A stretch of 64,000 nucleotides of DNA, taken from assembly GCA_016208765.1 (NCBI GenBank), contig JACQXK010000004.1, positions 84,243 through 148,242 of the forward strand. The letters run 5' to 3'. Both the position numbers and the translations under genes were made by a program. The notes beneath the pieces were generated by a model, which did not search any database, was not told the origin of the DNA, and saw only the letters and a program-made list of their open reading frames with translations. Positions 41,864-51,900 of the stretch are shown in pieces; within the stretch, counting starts at the first letter, position 1, and each line of letters opens with the position of its first letter. The DNA is from Candidatus Omnitrophota bacterium (GTDB lineage: Bacteria; Omnitrophota; Gorgyraeia; Gygaellales; Profunditerraquicolaceae).

Positions 41864-42711
41864 TATCCTACGACTGCTCCCTGAGTAACGCCCTTAATAA
41901 TGTATTTCTGCATCAACAAATATACAATAATAATGGGTAAAGCGGTAATCGTCAGCCCTGCCATTAATAAAGGATAATTAGTAACAAACTCCCCCTGAAA
42001 GGTTTGCAAAGCTACCTGCAAAGGCATAAACTGGCGGGAATCAAAGATGATCAACGCCAGGATATATTCGTTCCAAACGTTCAAAGCATTAAATACTACC
42101 AATACCGCTAAAACCGGCTTAGCTAACGGCAATGCCACATGCCACCAGATGCCGAATTTTGAGCACCCGTCAATGCGCGCGGCATCTTCAAGCTCCTTGG
42201 GCATCTTGTCAAAAAAAGTTTTCAATAAAAATATGCTCGTGGATAAGCCGACATTAATCATGCACAAAATGTAGCCTATCGGGGTATTGCGCAAATGCAA
42301 TTTATTTAACAAGACATACAACGCCACGAAACTCCCCGGGATAGGGATCATCATTGCCGCCAGAAAAAGCGCAAAAATTATTTTCTGCCCGGGAAAACGC
42401 AGGCGCGAGAAAGCATAAGCAGCCAGAGAAGAAATAATTACTATCCCAAAAACAACCGCAGTTGTATAAAAAATGCTATTTAAGAAATACCTGCCAAAAT
42501 TACCTTCTTTTACAGCCAGGTAATAGTTCATAAAGTTAACCTGCTTGGGAATTAATGATGGGTCGGAAAATATTGTGCTTTGTGTTTTAAGGCTTGAGGA
42601 CACCATCCAGAGAAGCGGATAAACACAAGTAACCGCAACAGACAAAAGGAAAGCATGGATCAAAACATTGATGGCAATCTTCTTTGTCTTATAATAGGCT
42701 GTTGTTTTCAT
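41863..42711 (-). CDS. Carbohydrate ABC transporter permease (MalG-like)
   Basis: Six TM segments and the EAA loop (ELEDAARIDGCSKFGIWWHVALPL). Confidence 0.8.
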   Translation of the reverse strand: MKTTAYYKTKKIAINVLIHAFLLSVAVTCVYPLLWMVSSSLKTQSTIFSDPSLIPKQVNFMNYYLAVKEGNFGRYFLNSIFYTTAVVFGIVIISSLAAYAFSRLRFPGQKIIFALFLAAMMIPIPGSFVALYVLLNKLHLRNTPIGYILCMINVGLSTSIFLLKTFFDKMPKELEDAARIDGCSKFGIWWHVALPLAKPVLAVLVVFNALNVWNEYILALIIFDSRQFMPLQVALQTFQGEFVTNYPLLMAGLTITALPIIIVYLLMQKYIIKGVTQGAVVG

Positions 42712-42714
42712 TAT

Positions 42715-43596
42715 TTATGCCTTTGTATTCTTTGAAAAACGGTACTGGATAAATGAAATGACAATCAAAACCACGCCAAAGGTAATTGCCTGAGCGCAGG
42801 CATAACCAAAACGGGACGACCCGCGCATAGACGCTAATATTCTTAAAACCGGCACCGAAGTATGCCCGGCTAATTCTCCTCCGACCAAACCGATAATTAA
42901 AGCAAACGCCTGCATGGTCCCTAATACCGTCAGAATCGCCACTAAAACAATTACCGGTATCATTAAAGGTATAGTTACGTTCTTAAATGACTGCCAGGCA
43001 TTTGCTCCGTCAACTCGGGCAGCTTCATAAAGCTCGCGCGGAATTGTCTGCAGGCCGGCCAGAAACAGCAGGAATCCCCATCCGAATCCTTTCCAACTGT
43101 GCACTATGGCCACAGTAGTAAGCGCAGTCTTAGGGTCGCTTAACCAATTATGCACCAAGTTCGGCAAACCGATTTGCGTTAATGTGCGGTTGATCATGTT
43201 AGCGCCATCAATATCATTAATAATGAAACGCCAGACCATACCCACAACAATCTCTGAAAGTACCGGCGGAATAAAAAATATCACCCGGTAGAAATTCTTT
43301 AATCTGATTTCGCGGTCGCATGCCCAAGCCAGTAAAAACGCCAGGATATTCTGGAAGGTCAAAGCAATCATGGTGATCCAGCCGGCATTTAACATTGACT
43401 GCCACCAGTTAGGATCCTGCAGGATGATCTCTTTAAAATTACCCATACCTACCCAGTTCCAAACCGGCATGATCCCGTCCCAGTCCGTAAAACCGAGCAT
43501 AAATACATAAAAAAATGGAATGATATAAAAAACAGAAAAAATAATTACCGCAGGAAGAATAAACAGGTAATTTTCTAAAGTTGACTTAAGTCTCAT
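42715..43596 (-). CDS. Carbohydrate ABC transporter permease (MalF-like)
   Basis: EAA loop ELYEAARVDGANAWQSFKNVTIPL. Confidence 0.8.
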   Translation of the reverse strand: MRLKSTLENYLFILPAVIIFSVFYIIPFFYVFMLGFTDWDGIMPVWNWVGMGNFKEIILQDPNWWQSMLNAGWITMIALTFQNILAFLLAWACDREIRLKNFYRVIFFIPPVLSEIVVGMVWRFIINDIDGANMINRTLTQIGLPNLVHNWLSDPKTALTTVAIVHSWKGFGWGFLLFLAGLQTIPRELYEAARVDGANAWQSFKNVTIPLMIPVIVLVAILTVLGTMQAFALIIGLVGGELAGHTSVPVLRILASMRGSSRFGYACAQAITFGVVLIVISFIQYRFSKNTKA

Positions 43597-44903
43597 TTCT
43601 TTCTTTTGGCGAGTTCGCGTTCCTTTACCTTTTGTATATCAGATGCAACTTGCTCCGGGCTCTTCTCTCCGAGGATAATTGACTGGATCCCCCTGTCAAC
43701 AGCCTCAATAACCGCGGAAGATTCAGATACCCCCCAAACATTTGGATGAGTAGCCGATTCCATGCCTTTGGCAAACTGGGCAAGGATTTCCGGGATTTTA
43801 TTCAGGCTGTTTTTATTTGCAGGCAGGTTATTAGTTTCCTGCGCAAGATAGGCCTGCTGTTCAGTATCCGTGAGCCACTGCAAAAACTTAACCGCTTCTT
43901 CTTTATTCTTTGAGCGCGCATTAACCATAAAAGAAGACCCTGCCCCGCCCCAAATTGCCATCGGGAATTTCTCAGATGCCTTTGGAGGAAGGATTGCGCC
44001 ATAATCCAGGTTAGGATTCATACCCTTGTAAACATTCACGCACCAGGATCCATTAAAAGCAAAAACAGCTTTTTCGTTTGCAAAAAGCTGTTCTGCGGTT
44101 TTATTTACCATCGTGATGATGCTTTGATTTAATAAACCGGCGTTCTTCATTTCCTTAAAAATACTAAAAACCTTTACCCAATCAGGATCAGTATAAGGCA
44201 CCTCTCCTTTTAAGGTCGCCAATACCTTATCTTTGCCCATAATGTTAAAAGCATAATTATTAGCAAAACAATCCACCATCCAAAGCTCTCCCCACCCGGA
44301 AACAAAACCCTCTATATTAGCTTGCTTGATCTTCGGCCCCAGGGCAATTAATTCCTCAAAGGTTACAGGGGGTTTCTTGGGATTTAATCCGAGAGCTTTA
44401 AATAAATTCTTGTTATAAAGCATCTGAATGGTCATTATGTCAATAGGCACACCATAAATCCCCGGGCTTACATTATAAACTCCTCCTGCTGTAAACTCAT
44501 TCACCTCAAGCGCCTTGGCATAAAAACAATTTTTCCATTTGCCATTATCAGCATCCATATAAGGAGTAAGATCCAAAACATGCCCGGCTTTGATATAAGA
44601 GGCAAAGTCGCGTTTTTCCCCCAAAACACCGAATATATCCGGAAGGTTGAACCCTTGTGCTGCGGCACGCACCTTCTGGGAATAGGCGTCAGAAGGGGCA
44701 AAAAGCTCAAAATTTACTTTTACGCCAGTTTTAGCTTCATAGTTCTTGGCTAATTGCTGCAAAGGAGCGTCGCGGTCAGTCATCCAATACCAGATATTGA
44801 CGGTATTTTTAGAAGATTCTTTTGAAGAGCCCCCGCAGCCGGAAAAAATAAATGAAAACATACAAAATGCCAAAAACATAAAGCTAAACTTTCTACCTGC
44901 CAT
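43593..44903 (-). CDS. Extracellular solute-binding protein of the sugar ABC transporter (lipoprotein)
   Basis: Lipobox FSGCGGS; 436 aa family-1 SBP. Confidence 0.75.
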   Translation of the reverse strand: MAGRKFSFMFLAFCMFSFIFSGCGGSSKESSKNTVNIWYWMTDRDAPLQQLAKNYEAKTGVKVNFELFAPSDAYSQKVRAAAQGFNLPDIFGVLGEKRDFASYIKAGHVLDLTPYMDADNGKWKNCFYAKALEVNEFTAGGVYNVSPGIYGVPIDIMTIQMLYNKNLFKALGLNPKKPPVTFEELIALGPKIKQANIEGFVSGWGELWMVDCFANNYAFNIMGKDKVLATLKGEVPYTDPDWVKVFSIFKEMKNAGLLNQSIITMVNKTAEQLFANEKAVFAFNGSWCVNVYKGMNPNLDYGAILPPKASEKFPMAIWGGAGSSFMVNARSKNKEEAVKFLQWLTDTEQQAYLAQETNNLPANKNSLNKIPEILAQFAKGMESATHPNVWGVSESSAVIEAVDRGIQSIILGEKSPEQVASDIQKVKERELAKRKK

Positions 44904-45064
44904 TAAAATGCTCCTTTCCTGGACAATCCAACATATAGTTTAACATTTAAAAAAGGTTAAATCAAGGCTTGAAATAGCCGGCAAAGCTCCCTTTGAGAAG
45001 GAAATTAAAATTTATCATAAGTTTAGATAGAGGTCAAGAGTTTTTCACAGCTTTATTAACTATT

Positions 45065-45409
45065 TTAAGCCTGCTGGCAATGCCGCAGTATACGTGACAT
45101 TCCCATTAAATCCGCTTTTTCCAGATTAATCCCTATCCTATATTTATGCAAATCCGCTTTTTGCGACCAAATCACTTTGCCGCGGGCGTATAATGGCTCG
45201 CCTTTCCCATATGTATCCACCCAGACTTCCAAAGGCGTGTTTTCCGGCAAAGGTATTCCTAAAACCATCCCCATACCTTTAGCGCTTATATCAGATAATT
45301 GCCCAGCACCCTCACTATTGTTGTTTAAATCTAAAAAACGCAAAGAACAATCTGCATTAAACCTGGCAAATATCCTTTTATCCGCAAAATTGTCTTGTGC
45401 CATTTTCAC
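45065..45409 (-). CDS. PilZ-domain protein (c-di-GMP-binding)
   Basis: RxxxR-like motif and DxSxxG (DISAKGMGMV) motif; 114 aa. Confidence 0.6.
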   Translation of the reverse strand: MKMAQDNFADKRIFARFNADCSLRFLDLNNNSEGAGQLSDISAKGMGMVLGIPLPENTPLEVWVDTYGKGEPLYARGKVIWSQKADLHKYRIGINLEKADLMGMSRILRHCQQA

Positions 45410-45539
45410 CTCGCATTTTGGAAAATATATCTTATAATAAAAATTCTAACTCTTTGCTGCTAATAAGCTTAATAACCTGATTTATCTGTCCATATCATAC
45501 CCCCCTTTCTTGATTTTGCAAACAATTTTTTGTGTTTTT

Positions 45540-48500
45540 TTAATTAAGCCACCATCTGCGCCTTAACCAATACGGCATTTGCCCAAATCCAAACGCATAG
45601 CTCTGAGAAAATGTATTAAGTAAACAGCCGTAATTTAAATTTTCATTGCTGTTTCCTTTCATACTTACGGCAGAGCTGGATTTATATGAATGTTTCCCGA
45701 TTTCAGATAGCAGCGCCTCTTGAATAGGAATTATATAGTCTTGATGCGTATATTCAGGAGACTGAGCAATCACGGTTAACTTTTGGCTAAATCTTGTTCT
45801 CTCAAAAAGTATTTTGATAGCGGTAACAATGCGTTCATTTAAGATATCGTTAAACCGTTCTCTGTTTCCACAAGAACTCAATATCCTGAAAGCCGGATCA
45901 ATGTAGCAATTATTTAGTAAAAAATAATCAATGTCAAAATCAAGTATTATATCCGGATAATCTTTTAAGTCGGAGAAATACGGAAGGTCATAAACATGGA
46001 TGACTCTTACATCAGGAATTAAACCTCTATTTTGTCTCCTTGCTTTTATGAGCAATTTCCGGACATTCTTTTGCTCTTTGGCTGGATTCATATAATGAGG
46101 AACAATCCAATACATCCTTGAAATAACCCCATGATAAAATAACGGCATTATCATAGAAGCGCAATCGTATTCAGACCACCAGTTTTGTATGGTATTTTGG
46201 CCGAGGCCATATATACGCGATGGCATACTCAAATCACTATGGGCATCAAAGTGGATTAATGTTGCTCCACGGGAAATTCTGCTTTTCAGCAAATACTCAA
46301 TTACTACGTTATACATCTGGCCGTGATCTACCACCAACCAAAGGCCATCATTGATCATTTTTACGCCTCTTAATATAACACGATCAAAACACTGCATCAT
46401 TGGAGCAAGCTTTACCGGTAGAAAAGTATGACTAACCTCATCAACTACAGCAACTTCAGGGCCGTTTCCTTCTTTCTTTATGGCGGAGCTGGAGTTACGC
46501 TGGAAGTGTCCCCTGTCTTCTGTCGCCGAGGAGGCGCCGCTTGTTAGCTTACCCACTGTCCCGATTGATTTGGAAACAGTTTCCGAGTTGTTCGGGAAAC
46601 TGGGCTCTTTTAGCACCGCCGAGGATGCACCCTCATCGGAATTAAATATTGTGTCCCTGGAATTAAACACTAACCTTATTGACATTCCTCCTGCCATACA
46701 AAGATATCTATATAAATAAAGAACGCCGTTATTCTCAGAATAATCGACTATCATCCCGGATAAATCCACGACATCGCCATTTTTATCCTTCGCATACCCC
46801 CTTATTACCAAACACGTCGGCTGACCTATTTCTTTTCGTGCCAAAAGCAGTTTACGCCGATACATCAGGTGTAAAGTTTCCTCAGTTTGCAACAGCAACA
46901 CTTGTGATAGAGTTTTAATCCTAAATATTTTATATGAACCATTATTAATTGCTTGAGCCCAAAACAATTCGGAGCGAAAACAGGCTGGATATAATAATGA
47001 GCTCCATAATCTGTTTCTGTCTATCCTTTTTGCATCGGCCCCTGCCTCACTTAAATCTACATCTTTAATTAAGGCCAATCGACTACCGCTACAAGCAATG
47101 GCAGAGCCGGAGCTATGCTGGAACAGCCCCCTGTCTTCTGCCGCCGAGGATGCGCCCCATCTTATGCGACCCACTATCCCGATTGATTTGGAAACAGTTT
47201 CCAAGTTGTTCGGGAAACTGGGCCCTTTTAGCACCGCCGAGGAAGCGCCACCGTTAGAATTAAATGTTGTATCCCCAGAATTACCACCAGAGTCCTCATC
47301 TATATACTCAAAAGCCGCATGTCTTATGGTTCTGCCGTTTTTGATCTCGGCAATCGGAATATCTTTGTAATCTTTAATATCAAAAGAAGTATTTACGCCT
47401 GATGATTTAATATGCCACTCCCTAAATGCATTCTCCACTAATCTATCAAGTTCCCCAAAAATTTGTGCTGCGGAAAAGTTTCCTTCTGTTAAACATCTTC
47501 GCTCGCCTTGCCTACAGATAGAGATACTAATAGGGTTTTTTTCAAAACTTGTGCGGACGATAACAATATCCTTGGCCATACCCAGGGATTCTACTATAGG
47601 AGTAGGGTTCCAAATGAACCCTATCTTTCTTAATCCCTCTAACTTAGTAGAAACAAATCTAGATTTACCAGTAGCACTCGTGTCTAATTCTGGATGCACA
47701 TCATCTATCCTCAACACTTTCTCATTTTTAGGATCTACAATCTGCTTTATTTTATTAGATAGATCTCCCAAAGAATAATTCTCGCCAACAACATTTACGA
47801 AGCATGGCATAGAACCTTCAAATTCTTTTATAAGCGAAGCTGCTAGGGCAGCGCAATCCCAAAGAGGAATAAAATTATAATACAGAGCGTTAGCATTTGG
47901 TGGCATTTTAAGAAAACTTCCTTCCAAAATATTCTTTATAAATTTTGACACTATGTCTATAGGTTTACCTTTTTTAAATAATGGAAAAAGGTTGCCCAAT
48001 CGCAAAACAACAGCCCTGAGTCCACTATAGTGCACCCTTCCAGCAATTGCATTTTCTATAATTATTTTACTTAATTCATATGGATGTTCAAGGTTATACC
48101 AACAATCACACTCACCCACTTTTTCCACTGTCTCTCTCTTACCATAAACCCTTAAAGAAGAAGTAAATACTAACCTTGTCGTTTTCATTAAATTCAAGTT
48201 TTTTAAAGCATCTAGAATATTAAAAGCCATTGCAATATTATTAGAAAAGATACTCCTAAATTCATCTTCGCTATAGCTGTTTTGTATTCGACTATCAGAA
48301 GCAAGATGATAAATAAAGCTCGGCCTTACCATACTCAATACTTTTTCCGTAGAAGCATAATCAGTTAAATCACAATGAACAATCTTTACCCTTCCTTCTT
48401 TTACCGCTCTTGAAAGACTACGGTTCAATGGTAAATCTGAAAGATAATCAACCCTGGAGGTGAGAACTGTTATGTCCTCTGCTACTGGATAATCAAGAAG

Positions 48501-48860
48501 TTGTGATAAAACCATAATGCCTAAATGCCCAAGCCCTCCAGTAATCAAAATCTTGTCTTTCTCTTTTCTAGATAAAGTATAGTCAGGCTTGCCTACTGAC
48601 TCTATAAGGTCAAATAATAACGACGCTCCACTCTTCTCGTCTTCCATATCAACATCCAAAGTTATTTTTTCCTTTTCTCCGGATAACGGCAACCATCGCT
48701 CTTCCCGGTCATCAATTTCCATGGCATCTGGAGATGCAAAAGGCAAAACCCCAAATTTTAAAAGCAAGAAAAATATGTCAGCCAACTGAACAAAATGCTT
48801 TCCTTCTAATAGATTACCCTTCAATCTCAATAATGGTATATAATCAACATCTCTTCGCAT
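45540..48860 (-). CDS. Giant multidomain protein (1106 aa): NAD-dependent epimerase/dehydratase, repeat, unknown domain, repeat, arginase/deacetylase-like domain
   Basis: Rossmann motif ILITGGLGHLG (nt ~47570-48545). C-terminal VVDHGQ...HFDAHSD. Two in-frame copies of the repeat family at 46462-46666 and 47098-47284. Confidence 0.6.
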   Translation of the reverse strand: MRRDVDYIPLLRLKGNLLEGKHFVQLADIFFLLLKFGVLPFASPDAMEIDDREERWLPLSGEKEKITLDVDMEDEKSGASLLFDLIESVGKPDYTLSRKEKDKILITGGLGHLGIMVLSQLLDYPVAEDITVLTSRVDYLSDLPLNRSLSRAVKEGRVKIVHCDLTDYASTEKVLSMVRPSFIYHLASDSRIQNSYSEDEFRSIFSNNIAMAFNILDALKNLNLMKTTRLVFTSSLRVYGKRETVEKVGECDCWYNLEHPYELSKIIIENAIAGRVHYSGLRAVVLRLGNLFPLFKKGKPIDIVSKFIKNILEGSFLKMPPNANALYYNFIPLWDCAALAASLIKEFEGSMPCFVNVVGENYSLGDLSNKIKQIVDPKNEKVLRIDDVHPELDTSATGKSRFVSTKLEGLRKIGFIWNPTPIVESLGMAKDIVIVRTSFEKNPISISICRQGERRCLTEGNFSAAQIFGELDRLVENAFREWHIKSSGVNTSFDIKDYKDIPIAEIKNGRTIRHAAFEYIDEDSGGNSGDTTFNSNGGASSAVLKGPSFPNNLETVSKSIGIVGRIRWGASSAAEDRGLFQHSSGSAIACSGSRLALIKDVDLSEAGADAKRIDRNRLWSSLLYPACFRSELFWAQAINNGSYKIFRIKTLSQVLLLQTEETLHLMYRRKLLLARKEIGQPTCLVIRGYAKDKNGDVVDLSGMIVDYSENNGVLYLYRYLCMAGGMSIRLVFNSRDTIFNSDEGASSAVLKEPSFPNNSETVSKSIGTVGKLTSGASSATEDRGHFQRNSSSAIKKEGNGPEVAVVDEVSHTFLPVKLAPMMQCFDRVILRGVKMINDGLWLVVDHGQMYNVVIEYLLKSRISRGATLIHFDAHSDLSMPSRIYGLGQNTIQNWWSEYDCASMIMPLFYHGVISRMYWIVPHYMNPAKEQKNVRKLLIKARRQNRGLIPDVRVIHVYDLPYFSDLKDYPDIILDFDIDYFLLNNCYIDPAFRILSSCGNRERFNDILNERIVTAIKILFERTRFSQKLTVIAQSPEYTHQDYIIPIQEALLSEIGKHSYKSSSAVSMKGNSNENLNYGCLLNTFSQSYAFGFGQMPYWLRRRWWLN
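46462..46666 (-). repeat. Full-length copy of the in-frame repeat (A-part + DR + palindromic core + DR + C-part)
   Basis: ccgtttccttctttctttatggcggagctggagttacgctggaagtgtcccctgtcttctgtcgccgaggaggcgcc...ggaaacagtttcc...caccgccgaggatgcaccctcatcggaattaaatattgtgtccc. Confidence 0.85.
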
Positions 48861-48910
48861 TAATTCGTTAAAGACATCCGGATTACTTGATATAGTTATA
48901 GTCTATGTTT

Positions 48911-51900
48911 CTAAATATTAATATCAATTTGCTTTATCATCTCTCCAAATCTTAAAGTAAGAGCATATGTTCCAGGAGGTAAATTCAAAGTAGCCAAATC
49001 AATTTCCCCTTTAAAGATAAAATACTCGTCGCCATAATAGGAAAACGAGCGTTTCTCATCCAATCTTGCAGGAAAAACTGCAGTCGGATGACCTAAATCG
49101 TCTAAAGTTGGTTCTTTCTTCGCCGTTATTGCCACACCGAGCCACATAGCAAAATCCTCGTCTCCGGGTAAATATATATGAAAAGGAGGATTACCGCAAA
49201 CAAACGGCCGAAAATCTTTTTCTGCATAAAGCTCAAACATTCCTTGTATATGTCTTGCGGCATAGTCAAGGGCTTCGGGCTTAGTCCGAAAAATCGCTTC
49301 CCAAACGTCCAGTTTCACAGCTGCCTCCAAAGAAATCTTGCCATCTGAATTAACCTTAATAATTGTGTCTGGCTCCGGAGAAACTAATGCTGTCCACAGA
49401 TGCGAAACCTCTGCCTTTTGCCAGCGAATTTCCGAATCAGGGTAGATTCTCCTAGCTTCTATCTCTGGCGGAATCATATCTTTCAGTGGCCAAAAATATT
49501 CTCTAGTTTCTTCAAGAGCTGCTTCTTTATAAGTAACCCCCGCAGCAATACCTGTTGCTAAAATAGTTTGCAAATATTCTATTTCGCCATAATTCCCAGC
49601 TTCTCTCAATGCTTCAATTCTTTTATAAAATAATGCAGGCAGAAATTCATCTTTAAACCAGTTGAAAAATATTACTGGATAAGCAACGTTCTGCTCATGT
49701 AAGAATTGCAACAATCTATTTACTCTATTTCCCATAGGTGGACATACCGTGCATTCCATCTTAGGATTAAACCACTTCTTAAAAATACCTCCCATCCTTT
49801 CCCATCCGTCAACAGAAGCAAATCCTTCCCCAAGAGACCCCCCTCTTGAAAAAGCCCTATGGTCACAAGGATAGATTTCTGATGTAGCGCCTAAACAAGT
49901 ACAAAAATAAGCAAACCAACAGCGATCATAATCCGGCTTTCCAATGCCTCTGGATATATCTCTTTCATCATGTATGGTCTCCACCTTAAACCTGCCATCA
50001 GAAAAAGCCATTGATAGATTAAGACTCTCAATAATTTCTTTTTTATCTCTATCATTTAATAAACAGGCTTGATCGGGCCTGATATTAACCTTAAAACGTA
50101 TAAGATCAACGCCTGCTTTCTTAAGCCTTTCTGTTATCTGAACAATGCCTTTAAAATTCTCTTTTCCAATAACATACCCAACGTTTATTGCCAGTTTTGA
50201 GCCAGACTGATTCCTCATATTAACCAGCTCTTCAATATTTCTCATTATTCTTTCAAAATCACCTCTTCTACCTTCTTTCAACTCAAAGAAGCTGTCATTA
50301 CCATAAGCGTCCAAGCTGATATGCACATATTTCGCATAATTCACCAATGTCTCTCTAACTTCTTGGCTCATCAATACACCATTAGTGAATAACCCAACAT
50401 CAAAACCAAGCCTTGACGCTGCTGCTATCCCAAGAAGAGTCGTCTTTTTATTCACTAATGGCTCTCCGAATATGCCGGAAAATTTAATAACTTTCGTTCT
50501 TAATGATGGGGCAGCTTCTTCATTCGCAAGAAAAAAGTTGCAAAGCAACTCTAGTAACCAAAGAGGAGACATTTTTTTCTGAATTTTGCATCTTTCTTTC
50601 TCTCCGATGCAGTGCTTACAGTTTAGATTACACCCACCCGAAGGCTGAACTTCTATTTCATAAGGCAGAAAATCAAATTCCCCATTTAAAATTTTCAAAA
50701 CTCTGTCATATTGCCTTGTAAGTATATTTTCTTCGTAATTAAACTGCGTCCCTGAACGAGATAAGAAAGATTCTAACGCATTCTTCCATTTCACCTTCAA
50801 AGAAAATGATTCTGCTTCTCCACCAACCCCAGAAGATAAGCAACTATCTATTGCAGCAACTTCAGAACCTACACCGTTTCCTTCTTTCTTTATGGCTGAG
50901 CTGGAGTTACGATGGAACTGTCCCTCGTTTTCTAAGGCCGACGAAGCGCCTGCGGCAAAATTAAAACTACAATCTTCAAATCTCATAATCTGCATATCAA
51001 TTTCCTTATCAACAGAAAAATAATCTATATTCTGGTTTCTTGTAGATTTCTCATAAAATACATTTGGTTTGCGAAAGTTCGGCTTAAAATCAAAAATAAC
51101 CCAGTCTTCTTGCCCATAGAAAAGCACTCTCACCCACATATGACCATATACAATTGATTCAGTCCAGATTGCCTGAACATTTTTTATCTTATATTTCCCA
51201 AATTTTTCAAATTGATCAAAGTGCGAATAAAATAATAGCAATATCGCCCTAGAAATAACCCCACAATCATTCTCTCCAACAATTTCATGTAATAAAACGC
51301 CAACAAAATTATGCACAAGAGGATCAACAACAATACGTCCATCAAAAATATCTTGAATTGGATAATTAATTGAATAATCTTTTAAATTTACCTCGGTTAA
51401 ATTACTAAGTTTATTAGTTAAGGGCCGAAATTGCTTATAACGCTTATTCGCAATTAACAACACGTTTCCCCGTCTTTCAAAAATATCATTTTTATTCCAA
51501 TCAAGAACAACGGACGATTCTATTCTTTTCTCCAACGGCGAAGAGACAGCTGTCAAATTAAGCATTGCATCCCCTGAGTTCCTCCCACCTCTTCTTAAAA
51601 ATATTGAATAGAGCCTAAACCATTCTTGCATTAACTCAATCTTATCCCAAAGAAGAATTACAATATTAGAATCAATATTATTACAAAGGATTCCATTGCA
51701 ATCTTCTTTAAAAATTATTGAATCACCATTAAAATATACACAAGAAAATAACCCTGCTTCTTCTAAATATTGAATATACGACCCCTGTTTCCTTCCCCTG
51801 CCAGTAAATATCTCCTCCAAACCAAAACGATGGCTTATAAAAAAGTAGTCCGTTAGCATAAGCGGAATATGAAAGTATATTTTGTAGCCTCCCTTTAAAT

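Noticed and set aside
48861-48910. Continuity between the 3014-codon and 1106-codon ORFs
   Set aside because: Stop codons occur in all three frames in the 50-nt gap, so the 1106-codon ORF is a separate gene, unlike the two upstream junctions.
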